This document shows positions 29,562 to 39,317 of a stretch of DNA of 64,000 bases, piece by piece. Every line of letters begins with the position of its first letter. The stretch's first letter is position 1. The stretch is from an uncultured delta proteobacterium (GTDB lineage Bacteria; Desulfobacterota; Desulfobacteria; Desulfobacterales; JAFDCJ01): the NCBI GenBank assembly GCA_963769935.1, contig CAVYNY010000001.1:64001-128000 (forward strand), in the 5' to 3' direction. Below the pieces are notes generated by a model. The model ran no database searches. It had not been told where the DNA came from and saw only the letters and a list, made by a program, of their open reading frames with translations. Made by a program: the position numbers and the translations under genes.

Positions 29562-31718
29562 ATGCTCAAAGTAGGGCTGGGCCAAAGCGAGAACATCGAT
29601 ACCTTGAGTGCAGTGCGAAATGCCATTGAACAGTGCCGGCAACAGCTGGGACGGCTGATTCCCCAGGCCGGATTTGTGTTTGCGGGAATTGATTTCGATC
29701 ATGAGCTGATGGTGCAGGAAATTTATCACCAATTCCCGGGCCTGGCACTCACCGGTTGTACCACCGGCGGGGAGCTTTCATCGAATTTCGGTTTCAGCGA
29801 CGACTCCATCAGCCTGCTTCTTTTTTATGCGGATCGCATCAAATTTGCGGTGGGCAGGGGGTTAAATGCCTCCGAAAATCCCGCGGCAGCGGTGAAAACG
29901 GCCCTGGATCAGGCGCGCCAAGACCTGGCGGAAAAAGAATCTTTGTGTTTTCTGTTTCCGGATGCCTTTTCCGGGACGCTCAACGAAATTTTGCTCGCCT
30001 TGAATAACAGCCTCGGACCGCAATGTCCGATATTCGGAGGCGCAGCGGGGCGTCAGCTGGACACCGAGAAAGCGCCCAGGCAATTCTTTCGTGACACGGT
30101 CATGCAAGACGCCGTATCGTTGATGCTGGTGGCCGGCAAATTTGAATTAGAATTTTGCATCAGCAACAGCTGGGAACCGATCGGCATGCGGGAGAAAGTC
30201 ACCCAGGTCGCCGGCAAGGAAATCCTTCGCATCGGCGCGCAAACGGCGCTGGATTTTTACCGGTACTATTTGGGCCGCCATTTCGATCCGGTGCCGGAAA
30301 TGCCGCTGGCGGTTTTCGAAAAAAATGACATTGATTTTTATATCCGCACGCCGCTGGAATTCAATGAAGAACGCGGCAGCATTTCGTTTACGGCCCCGAT
30401 TCCGCTGGGAGCCACCGTCCAGCTAACGGAGGCCACGCGCGAACGGATTCTCGAAAATACCCGCACATCCTTGCAGTCGGTAGTTAAAAAAGTATCCCGC
30501 AGCTGGCACCCGTCAGCCGCCCTGATGTTTTCCTGTTTTTCCCGCAAACAGATTCTGGGCACCCGCACCCGGGAAGAACTTCAAATCCTGGAAAATCTGC
30601 TGCCCGACCGGACCCCGATCAGCGGTTTTTATTCCTGGTCTGAATTCAGCCCGCTGCAGCCCAATCAGTCCAGCCGGCTGCATAATTGCACCCTGGTTAC
30701 GGTAATCCTCGGCGAGCGGAATTCGGTGCCGCCGACGGAAAAAATGGCCGAAAATACACAGCCTTCGATAAAACCGGCCCCTGACGGGAACAGCCGTCCG
30801 GCAAAACTGGTGCAGGAAAACCGGTTTTTACGAAAAAAGCTGGAACGCTCGGAAAAATATCGCGAGCGGCTCGAGTTGACCAAAGATTTCAATGCCCTGC
30901 TGCTGAAACAGATCAACCGGGACATCAATAATGCCCGGCTGGAAATTCAGCGCAAAAATGAACTGCTGCGCCAGACCCTGAGCCTGGCGGATGAAATTCA
31001 AAAAAATATGCTGCCCGGAGAAAATCCGGATACCCGCTACTTTCAAATTGCCGGTAAAAGTATCTATTGCAGTGAAACCGGCGGGGATTACTATGACTAT
31101 CTTAATATCGGTGACGACAGCGCTCCTTTCAGCATTGTCATCGGTGATGTAACCGGCCACGGAATCGAGGCCGCTTTGCTGATGACAACCGCCCGAGCCC
31201 TCATCCGCAGCCACCCCGCTCAGCCCGGCACCATTTCCGAAATCATCACCGATGTCAACCGCCACCTGACTTCAGACATCGCTGCCTCCGGCCACTTCAT
31301 GACCTTGTTTTATCTGGTGCTGGATCCGATAAAGCGCTGCCTGCACTGGGTTCGAGCAGGTCACGATGCGGCAATTTCTTATGATCCGACCGGCGACCGG
31401 TTTGAGGAACTAGGAGGACCTGGTCTGGCCCTCGGCGTGGATGCTTCCTTTTTCTATGAAGAACACAAAAAGGATGGGTTGGCCAAGAATCAAATCCTTT
31501 TTATGGGAACCGACGGTATCTGGGAAACCCGTAACCCGAAGGGGGACATGTTCGGCAAGGCGCCGATTTATGACATCATCCGGCAGAAGGCATCCTGCGA
31601 CGCTGTCGAAATTGTTGACAGCGTCATCGGTGCCATGAACGCTTTTCGGCAGGATCTGGAGCCCAATGACGATGCCACACTGGTAGTGGTCAAGGTGAAG
31701 AGGAGCCTATCGGATTAA
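29562..31718 (+). CDS. FIST-N/FIST-C sensor fused to a SpoIIE/PP2C phosphatase
   Basis: GCTTGGE, FGGAAG, FSCFSR, HNCT; coiled coil; GGDYYD, GDVTGHG, TDGIWE, DDATLVV. Confidence 0.87.
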   Translation: MLKVGLGQSENIDTLSAVRNAIEQCRQQLGRLIPQAGFVFAGIDFDHELMVQEIYHQFPGLALTGCTTGGELSSNFGFSDDSISLLLFYADRIKFAVGRGLNASENPAAAVKTALDQARQDLAEKESLCFLFPDAFSGTLNEILLALNNSLGPQCPIFGGAAGRQLDTEKAPRQFFRDTVMQDAVSLMLVAGKFELEFCISNSWEPIGMREKVTQVAGKEILRIGAQTALDFYRYYLGRHFDPVPEMPLAVFEKNDIDFYIRTPLEFNEERGSISFTAPIPLGATVQLTEATRERILENTRTSLQSVVKKVSRSWHPSAALMFSCFSRKQILGTRTREELQILENLLPDRTPISGFYSWSEFSPLQPNQSSRLHNCTLVTVILGERNSVPPTEKMAENTQPSIKPAPDGNSRPAKLVQENRFLRKKLERSEKYRERLELTKDFNALLLKQINRDINNARLEIQRKNELLRQTLSLADEIQKNMLPGENPDTRYFQIAGKSIYCSETGGDYYDYLNIGDDSAPFSIVIGDVTGHGIEAALLMTTARALIRSHPAQPGTISEIITDVNRHLTSDIAASGHFMTLFYLVLDPIKRCLHWVRAGHDAAISYDPTGDRFEELGGPGLALGVDASFFYEEHKKDGLAKNQILFMGTDGIWETRNPKGDMFGKAPIYDIIRQKASCDAVEIVDSVIGAMNAFRQDLEPNDDATLVVVKVKRSLSD

Positions 31719-31837
31719 GGGCGGAGATCCGAACACCGGCAAAAGGTTTCGCCTGGTGCGAACATTATGAAAATTCCAAGCACGCTGTTGCCAGTCAGGT
31801 TGATATTGACATAGACCTGAACAAACAGATCGGTTCC

Positions 31838-31866
31838 TTGACACCTGCGCCGAATTTATTTATAGT
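31838..31866 (+). promoter_or_regulatory. Near-consensus sigma70 promoter
   Basis: TTGACA, 17 bp, TATAGT, upstream of the double CDP-alcohol transferase. Confidence 0.7.
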
Positions 31867-31937
31867 GAGTCGATCGCAAATGCCGGCTGCTTCATTTTTA
31901 CGGATATCCCATACCGCCGCCCAAATTCGCAAATGCC

Positions 31938-33491
31938 ATGAAATCGGCAATCATGTCATTTGAATTGAACGCCGGCGAATGCGTCTTTGAAAATAACATG
32001 CCCGCAAAACATTATATTCCCAAAAGCATCACGACCTTGCTGGTTTATGGCCGGCCGCCGCTCGTATTCGCAGGAATGCTGTGCGCCATCGCCGTCATGT
32101 GGAATCACAGCCCGGTACTGTACACGCTGGGCGTCGTGCTCTTGTTTATCTCCATGTCTTTTGATCTGGTCGACGGCTGGTTTGCCGCGCGCTTTCATCC
32201 CCACCCCGTCATGGCGCAACTGGCCGACCGCATAATGGACAAAGTGGTTTATTCGATTATTTTCCCGCTGGTTGCCGTCGGCACTATGTGGCGGATCCAT
32301 ATTCTGTCAGCCGGTCCCAACCGGGCGGAGCTGCTGCATGCCATTCTGGTGCTGCTTTTGACGGTCACCGTGCTGATTCGCGATAACTTTGCCCATTTTA
32401 TGCGCGGGTTTGCCGTCCGCAACGATCAAGACCCCGAATACAGCGAACTCAACCGATTGCGAACCATCGTCGCTGCTCCGGTGGGCGCGCTGCTGTATGC
32501 CTATGCTTTTTACGTACCGGAGGGACCCGCAACCCGAATTTATACCTCCATTTCGTGGCTGGGAAATTTCCCGCTGCGCGGCTTGTTTTTTATTGAAATT
32601 ATTTTCCTGATTATCAATTTAGGCTCCATTGCCGTGTATTGCCGCAAATACGGCACCTTGTGCCTGGACGAACTGTGCCTGGGCAATGAAAAGCTGCGGC
32701 GGCGTATTCTGTCATTCTTCCCCAATGCCCTGACCTTCATGAATGCCATTATGGGTCTGCTGGCGATCTTTTTTGCTTATCAAGGACGGATCCGGGAGGC
32801 CTTTATGTTTTTGATCGGAGCGGCCGTCTTTGATAAGCTCGATGGCGCGCTGGCCCGCAAACTGGGTTTAACGGAGCCGCTGCCCGAAGAAACGGAAAAG
32901 CCGCACACCATCAGCATCGGCGGCGTATTAGATGATATTTCCGATGCGGTCAGTTTCTGCATTGCGCCGGCCTGGATTTTTTATATCACCCTTACGGATT
33001 ATTCAGACCCGGTGCTCCAGAAAATGCCCATCGGAGTTATCGCCTGGGGATATGCCGTTCTGGGAATCGTCCGGTTGATTTATTTTACCCTGGACAAGAA
33101 ACCCATTCCGGGGTTTTTCAAAGGCATGCCTACTCCCGCCGCGGCTATTTTGGCAGTTTCCCCCTTGATTATATTCGCCCAGGCTGTCACCGACAACTCG
33201 GACCTGACCCGGTTCTGGGGTTTCTTCTGTTGCGGTCTGACGGCATTTACGGCCATTTTAATGAATCTTTATCCGGTTCGCTATCTGCATCTCGGCCGGT
33301 TCATGAGCAGGCATCCCTGGTTTGTCCGTTTCACCCTGCTGTTGTCCCTGTCCATTTTCACACCCTACTTCGGCCAGACAGCCTTCCTGTTCATGTTCCT
33401 GTACGCACTTTCCCCCCTGGTCACCTCGCGCATTGATCCGCAAACAGCCGCACGCGAGACGCGGGCCAAACCGGCAGAACTCAATACCTGA
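31938..33491 (+). CDS. Two-domain CDP-alcohol phosphatidyltransferase (PgsA-like + PssA-like fusion)
   Basis: Motif 1 DLVDGWFAAR...ADRIMD; motif 2 PNALT...DKLDGALARK...GGVLDDISD, then RLIYF...FKGMPTPAAA. Many TM helices. Start may be 31998. Confidence 0.8.
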   Translation: MKSAIMSFELNAGECVFENNMPAKHYIPKSITTLLVYGRPPLVFAGMLCAIAVMWNHSPVLYTLGVVLLFISMSFDLVDGWFAARFHPHPVMAQLADRIMDKVVYSIIFPLVAVGTMWRIHILSAGPNRAELLHAILVLLLTVTVLIRDNFAHFMRGFAVRNDQDPEYSELNRLRTIVAAPVGALLYAYAFYVPEGPATRIYTSISWLGNFPLRGLFFIEIIFLIINLGSIAVYCRKYGTLCLDELCLGNEKLRRRILSFFPNALTFMNAIMGLLAIFFAYQGRIREAFMFLIGAAVFDKLDGALARKLGLTEPLPEETEKPHTISIGGVLDDISDAVSFCIAPAWIFYITLTDYSDPVLQKMPIGVIAWGYAVLGIVRLIYFTLDKKPIPGFFKGMPTPAAAILAVSPLIIFAQAVTDNSDLTRFWGFFCCGLTAFTAILMNLYPVRYLHLGRFMSRHPWFVRFTLLLSLSIFTPYFGQTAFLFMFLYALSPLVTSRIDPQTAARETRAKPAELNT

Positions 33492-34022
33492 TTAATCCGC
33501 ATTAATCCGCCTTTGGAAATCGCGTATTCAGGCTTGTTTTAAGATCAGCGTCGTTTAAATGTGGATACAATATGGTACAAAATATTCTGGACAAACCGGA
33601 CAAAGAGCACTAAATTTAGGCATTGTCCAATTAACCGGGAAGAAACAACCGAATATAAAGCTTGCAGGATCCGGCTCTTTTATTTTATAAGAATTGTCAT
33701 AAACAAGCGAGTCTCAGGCGACCTAAATTCAGTTTGCCGGGCATTGCGCGGTGGAATAAATTCCAGGAAATGGTCCTATCCTCGTCCGGCAATCATTGAT
33801 ATGCATTCGACAACCTATCCGAAGATGCCGGTCACATCTAATGACCGCGGCTTAAATCGTCTGCTTCCGGCAGCATCTTCTGCATACCAGCCACAAGGTG
33901 GTCCAATATTGGTGGTTGACAATAACTAGTTTTCGTAATGAGTTACCAGATCGAGCTACCGCCAGGGAAAGACTACACGAATCCCCTATTTAAAATTAAA
34001 TTTTCAGTTTCAGGAGATACCA

Positions 34023-37000
34023 ATGGCTGAAAAATTGAGATCACTAGGACTGTGCCTAGGCGCATCGACGGTATCCATCGTTCAGCTGGAACTGGATCGG
34101 AGCGAACAAAAAAACCCTTCCGCGGAGCAAAAACCGCGGCTGATTGATTTTTCACTTTATCCCCACGAGGGCAATCCCAAAAAAACACTGTTGGACGCAT
34201 TCAACAGACTGGATCCGGCATCATTTGACCGGATTGCGGCCACCGGGCGTAAGTTTCGCCGGTTCGTCAATTTATCCTCCATATCCGAACCGGAAGCGGT
34301 CGAGTACGCTTATCCCTATGTCAAACCCCCGGATGTGGACTGTCCGGCCGTGGTTTCCGCCGGCGGCGAAACGTTTATGGTCTATGCACTGGATCACGCA
34401 GGCCGGATCGTCAATGTTATTACCGGCAACAAATGTGCCTCGGGAACCGGGGAATTCTTCCTGCAACAGCTGCGCCGCATGGATGCATCGCTGGAGGATG
34501 CCTCTCAGTGGGCCGCAGTCGATCAACCGCACCAGGTTTCCGGACGGTGTTCGGTTTTCTGCAAATCAGACTGCACCCATGCCACCAATAAAGGCATCCC
34601 CAAGTCCCAGGTTACGGCCGGACTGTGCAAAATGATGGCCAATAAGATTCTGGAACTCCTGAAAAAGGTAGAGCGGTGCAATATCATGATAACCGGCGGA
34701 ACGGCCCGCAACCAGATGATGATCGAATACCTCCGGCAGGAGATCCCGGGCCTGATCGTTCCCGAGGAAGCACCGTATTTTGAAGCGCTGGGGGCCGCCC
34801 TATGGGCACTGGATAACGAGACGGCGGCTTATCCGGGTCTTTCCGACCTGCTTTTGACTGAAGTGGCAACATTTGATCACTTGCCGCCCCTCCAGCATTT
34901 CGCCGACCAGGTGGAATTTAAATCCATGGAGACGGGCGAGATTCAACCCGCGGATACCTGTATCCTGGGTCTTGACGTCGGCTCGACCACCACCAAAGCC
35001 GTCCTGATGCGCATTGCCGATAATGCCATGCTGGCTTCCGTCTACCTGCGGACCAGCGGCGACCCGGTCGGAGCCTCGCGCCGCTGCTATCGCGCCATCC
35101 TCGATCAGATGCAGCAGCACGTTGATCCGGCTCAGGTCTCTATCGCAGGCCTGGGCGTCACCGGTTCCGGCCGCCAGATTGCCGGTCTGCACGCTCTAAC
35201 CGACGGTGTGATCAACGAAATCATTGCCCATGCGACAGCGGCCGTTTATTTTGATGCCGGCGTGGACACCATATTTGAAATCGGGGGACAGGATGCCAAG
35301 TATACCTATATCACCAATGCGGTGCCTTCCGACTATGCCATGAACGAAGCCTGTTCGGCGGGAACGGGCTCGTTCCTGGAAGAATCCGCTTTGGAGACGC
35401 TGGGTGTTAAAATGGAAGATATCGCCGCCATCGCGCTGAGCGGCAATCGCCCCCCGAATTTTAACGACCAGTGTGCGGCTTTCATCGCTTCGGACATAAA
35501 AAATGCGATCCATGAAGGCGTCGCCCATGAAGACATCGTTGCCGGGCTGGTGTATTCCATCTGCATGAATTATTCGAATCGCGTAAAAGGCAACCGGCCG
35601 GTCGGCGAAAAAGTATTTATGCAGGGCGGTGTCTGCTACAACAAAGCCGTACCGCTGGCAATGGCCTCCCTGGTGGGCAAACCGATCATCGTACCGCCGG
35701 AACCGGGTTTGATGGGCGCTTTTGGTGTGGCCCTGGCAGTAAAAAAACGAATCGAAACGGGTTTGATGGAAGAAAAACGCTTCGACCTGCAAACCCTGGC
35801 CGAGCGGGAGGTGGTGTATAGAACACCCTTCATCTGCCAAGGCGGCAAAGAAAAATGCGATCGACGCTGTAAAATTGCGATGATCGAAATTGAAGGGCAA
35901 AAATACCCTTTTGGCGGTGCCTGCAACCGCTACTACAATTTGCGTCATAAAGTCAGCTACGACGTTCAAAAACTGGATCTGGTGCGCCTGCGTCAGGAGC
36001 TCATATTCGGTAAATACGGCGTTACGGGACCGCCGGCCAAAGATATTGCTCGTCGCGGCAGCATCGGTTTTAACCGCTCCTTTCTGGTCAACACCTATTA
36101 CCCGCTGTATTCCAATTTTTTCGCTGCGCTGGGGTATGACATTGTGATGCCCGAAACCCCTTCCCAGGAGGGTGTGGATCAGCGCAACGCCGCCTTTTGC
36201 TATCCGGGGGAGCTGGCCCACGGATTTTTTTACTCTCTGCTGGCAATGGACCAGCCGCCGGATTACATCTTTTTGCCGCATTTTAAAGCGATCCCCGGTG
36301 AAAAAAATTGCGATCCCGGTTCGCAGTCACAGGTATGTCCGCTGGTTCAGGGTGAAACCTTTTATTTACAGACAACCTTTCGCAAAAAAATAGAGCAGCT
36401 CAAGCAAAGAGGTTCCCGCCTCTTGACGCCGCTTATCGATCTGTCCATTGATCTGGATGACGCCAAAGGCCCTCTGGTAAAAACAGCGGTTAAAATGGGT
36501 GTCGGCCGCCGGGAGGCCGGACGTGCCTTTGACCTCGCCCTGCAGCGGCAAAGAGAATGCCAGGCCGAGATGAAGGCGATCGGCCGCCGGGCCCTCGCGG
36601 AATTGAAGACCGACCCGCAGCGCTTTGCCGTAGTGGTTTTTTCCCGGCCGTACAACGGCTTCGTCGAAGAAGCGCACATGGGGATCCCCCATAAATTTGC
36701 CTCAAGAGGCATTCCGGTCATACCGCTTGATTTCCTTGAGTTGGAAGCGGAACACTCCAAGCGCCATATGTACTGGGGCATGGGGATACTCATCATGAAA
36801 GCCGCCCGTCTGGTCGAACGGCATCCGCAGCTGTTCGGCAGCTATATCACCAACTTTTCCTGCGGACCGGATTCGTTTATCGTGGGCTACTTTCGCGATA
36901 TCATGGGACGCAAGCCGTCCTTAACGCTGGAACTTGACAGCCACACGGCGGACGCCGGTCTGGAAACCCGGGTGGAGGCGTTTCTGGATATCGTCAAGGC

Positions 37001-38405
37001 CTATCGCCAGCTGGTCGCCGACAAACAGATAGTGGCCGGCAAGAAAACCTTCATACCGGCCCGCACGGTGCTCAACAACGGCACCAGCAGTGTCGTCACG
37101 TCAAACGGCGAAGTGCTGCCGCTGACCGATCCCCGCGTGACGGTGCTGCTGCCGTCCATGGGCCGGTATGGGTCCGAGGCGTTTGCCGCTATTCTCAGAG
37201 GATACGGCTTCAACGCCGTTGCGCACCGTCCGTCCGATGAAGCCGTTTTAAAACTGGGACGCGCCAACACCACCTGCAAAGAATGTCTGCCGCTGATCCT
37301 CACCACCGGTACGCTGCTAAGCTACGTCCGCAACGGCAGGCGGCCTGATGAAGTTGTGGTGTATTTCTTTGTAACCGGCTCCGGTCCCTGCCGCTTCGGC
37401 CAGTATTATATCTTTATGGAAGATCTGGTTAAACGGCTGGAACTACCGGATGTGGCGCTTTTGACATTGACGTCGGAAAACTCCTATGTGGGCCTGGGCA
37501 AAGATTTTGAAAGCCGGGGCTGGTGGGCTGTGGTTGCATCCGATGTTATGGAAGACATTCGCTCCATGCTGTTGGCCAATGCCGCCGATACCACGGCCGC
37601 CATGGGAGTGTTTGCGGAAGAGTGGCAAGAGATTCTGGGCGCGATGGAAAAGGGCGGCTATGATAATTTGTTGCAGCAGCTCTCCCGGACAGCGCAGCGG
37701 TTGCGGGGCCTCCCTTTAAAACAGCCCCCGGATAGCGTGCCGGTCGTCACCCTGGCCGGCGAAATTTTTGTGCGACGGGATGAGTTGTCCCGTCAATATT
37801 TAACGGAACGCCTGGCCGAAAAAGGATTTGCCACCGCGTGCTCACCGGTGGCGGAGTGGGTATTATACTGTAATTACATGGTCGACAAAGGTTTAAACCC
37901 GGATAATCTGTCGGTTTTCGGCAGGTTCAAACTTAAAATTCGCAACAAGTTTCAGGCCCGCTACGAAAAGCAGATTAAATCAATTTTGTCCACCTCCGGC
38001 CTGGTCCATGCCGAACCGCTGAACATGGATCAGATCATCAGAAGTGCCTCGCCCTTTATCTCCAAAGACCTGCCGGGTGAGGCCATTCTGACCGTGGGCG
38101 GGTCTTTAACGGAAGTCGTATCCCATTCATGTGGTGTGATCGCCATCGGTCCCTTCGGCTGTATGCCGAACCGGCTCTCGGAAGCCATCCTTAACGAAGC
38201 CATGAACAGCAGCGACAAGTTGGCCACCGAGCCCCATAACCAAATGCTTCGCACCGTGCTGACCGATATCGATGAACTGCCCTTTCTGGCTATCGAAAGC
38301 GACGGCTCACCGTTTCCGCAATTGATTAACGCCAAGCTGGAAACCTTTTGCCTGCGGGCCGAACGTCTCCACCAGCGCATCCGGACGGCCACCGGCAAGC
38401 CTTAA
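34023..38405 (+). CDS. PlsA/Ger-type protein: two BcrAD/BadFG-type activase ATPase domains plus two dehydratase/reductase-like Fe-S domains
   Basis: NKCASGTG/GRCSVF; GLDVGSTTTK, EIGGQDAK, NEACSAGTGSF, QCAAF; FCYP, NFSCGPD, LELDSH..AGLETRVEAF; ECLP, GPCRFGQY, GEIFVR, PFGCMPN. CAGGAG RBS. Confidence 0.85.
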   Translation: MAEKLRSLGLCLGASTVSIVQLELDRSEQKNPSAEQKPRLIDFSLYPHEGNPKKTLLDAFNRLDPASFDRIAATGRKFRRFVNLSSISEPEAVEYAYPYVKPPDVDCPAVVSAGGETFMVYALDHAGRIVNVITGNKCASGTGEFFLQQLRRMDASLEDASQWAAVDQPHQVSGRCSVFCKSDCTHATNKGIPKSQVTAGLCKMMANKILELLKKVERCNIMITGGTARNQMMIEYLRQEIPGLIVPEEAPYFEALGAALWALDNETAAYPGLSDLLLTEVATFDHLPPLQHFADQVEFKSMETGEIQPADTCILGLDVGSTTTKAVLMRIADNAMLASVYLRTSGDPVGASRRCYRAILDQMQQHVDPAQVSIAGLGVTGSGRQIAGLHALTDGVINEIIAHATAAVYFDAGVDTIFEIGGQDAKYTYITNAVPSDYAMNEACSAGTGSFLEESALETLGVKMEDIAAIALSGNRPPNFNDQCAAFIASDIKNAIHEGVAHEDIVAGLVYSICMNYSNRVKGNRPVGEKVFMQGGVCYNKAVPLAMASLVGKPIIVPPEPGLMGAFGVALAVKKRIETGLMEEKRFDLQTLAEREVVYRTPFICQGGKEKCDRRCKIAMIEIEGQKYPFGGACNRYYNLRHKVSYDVQKLDLVRLRQELIFGKYGVTGPPAKDIARRGSIGFNRSFLVNTYYPLYSNFFAALGYDIVMPETPSQEGVDQRNAAFCYPGELAHGFFYSLLAMDQPPDYIFLPHFKAIPGEKNCDPGSQSQVCPLVQGETFYLQTTFRKKIEQLKQRGSRLLTPLIDLSIDLDDAKGPLVKTAVKMGVGRREAGRAFDLALQRQRECQAEMKAIGRRALAELKTDPQRFAVVVFSRPYNGFVEEAHMGIPHKFASRGIPVIPLDFLELEAEHSKRHMYWGMGILIMKAARLVERHPQLFGSYITNFSCGPDSFIVGYFRDIMGRKPSLTLELDSHTADAGLETRVEAFLDIVKAYRQLVADKQIVAGKKTFIPARTVLNNGTSSVVTSNGEVLPLTDPRVTVLLPSMGRYGSEAFAAILRGYGFNAVAHRPSDEAVLKLGRANTTCKECLPLILTTGTLLSYVRNGRRPDEVVVYFFVTGSGPCRFGQYYIFMEDLVKRLELPDVALLTLTSENSYVGLGKDFESRGWWAVVASDVMEDIRSMLLANAADTTAAMGVFAEEWQEILGAMEKGGYDNLLQQLSRTAQRLRGLPLKQPPDSVPVVTLAGEIFVRRDELSRQYLTERLAEKGFATACSPVAEWVLYCNYMVDKGLNPDNLSVFGRFKLKIRNKFQARYEKQIKSILSTSGLVHAEPLNMDQIIRSASPFISKDLPGEAILTVGGSLTEVVSHSCGVIAIGPFGCMPNRLSEAILNEAMNSSDKLATEPHNQMLRTVLTDIDELPFLAIESDGSPFPQLINAKLETFCLRAERLHQRIRTATGKP

Positions 38406-38562
38406 AATGGTATCGGGCCTTTGGGCAAAACCCCAAAAACCTTCGTCAAACCATTCCTCACCTGCAAAAAAAAGGACCCGATCCCAGGGAGGCCGAATCT
38501 GATTTCACGCCGTCAGGGTGGCGGTTGCTTTCAGAGTTCACATGGAATGGAGGAATTCATCC

Positions 38563-39189
38563 ATGCCAAATACAGAAACCGAAAACGTCATCAAATTGCC
38601 CGCGCCGCAGCACCGCGGTCTGGTATCGGTTGAACGTGCCCTGGCGGCCAGACGGTCAATCCGCAGTTATAATAACACGCCGTTGGAGCTGGAAGAAACC
38701 TCCCAGCTTTTGTGGTCCGCGCAAGGCATCTCCGATTCCCGCGGCTATCGGACGGCGCCGTCGGCCGGCGCATTGTACCCGTTGGAGATATATGCCGCGA
38801 TCGGCAATGTAAAAGATCTGGCAGCCGGAATTTACAAATATAACATCGGCGAGCATGCGCTGGTGGAAAAGGCGGCGGGTGACCTCCGCGAGGATATCTG
38901 TCGTGCGGCCCTGCATCAGAGTTATATTGCTGCAGCGCCGGTTGTGCTGCTGCTTTGCACGATAAATGCGCGGGCAATGAATAAATACGGCGAGCGGGCA
39001 ATGAGATATGTTTTTATGGAAGTCGGCCATGCCGCCCAGAATGTTTGTCTGCAGGCGGTGGCCCTCGGATTGGGAACGGTGGTCATCGGCGCCTTTCGCG
39101 ACAGTGACGTCAGAGCAGTAGTGCATATGGCAGAAAACGAACAACCGGCCTGCATTATGCCCGTCGGGCGATATAATGTTCAGATATAG
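38563..39189 (+). CDS. SagB/ThcOx-family FMN-dependent oxidoreductase (nitroreductase fold)
   Basis: RRSIRSY, QLLWSAQG, RTAPSAGALYPLE, EVGHAAQN, GTVVIGAF; GGAGG RBS. Confidence 0.88.
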   Translation: MPNTETENVIKLPAPQHRGLVSVERALAARRSIRSYNNTPLELEETSQLLWSAQGISDSRGYRTAPSAGALYPLEIYAAIGNVKDLAAGIYKYNIGEHALVEKAAGDLREDICRAALHQSYIAAAPVVLLLCTINARAMNKYGERAMRYVFMEVGHAAQNVCLQAVALGLGTVVIGAFRDSDVRAVVHMAENEQPACIMPVGRYNVQI

Positions 39190-39196
39190 ACGCCTA

Positions 39197-39297
39197 ACGG
39201 AGGTCAGAAGACAGAGGACAGAGGTCAGCGGCGCCGTAAGCGGCCAGTTGGATCGAAAAAGAAACTAAATGCAGTTTCATACGAGCAGAGGTCAGAA
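39197..39297. repeat. CAGAGG(A/T)-unit intergenic repeat
   Basis: ACGGAGGTCAGAAGACAGAGGACAGAGGTCAG; reverse-complement relative at 50490-50527. Confidence 0.6.
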
Positions 39298-39317
39298 ATA
39301 AAAAGGGAGAACGCTTC

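Noticed and set aside
33561..33929. 122-aa ORF between the CDP-alcohol transferase and the PlsA/Ger-type gene
   Set aside because: No RBS or recognisable motif, in an AT-rich spacer. Probably non-coding, though not excluded.
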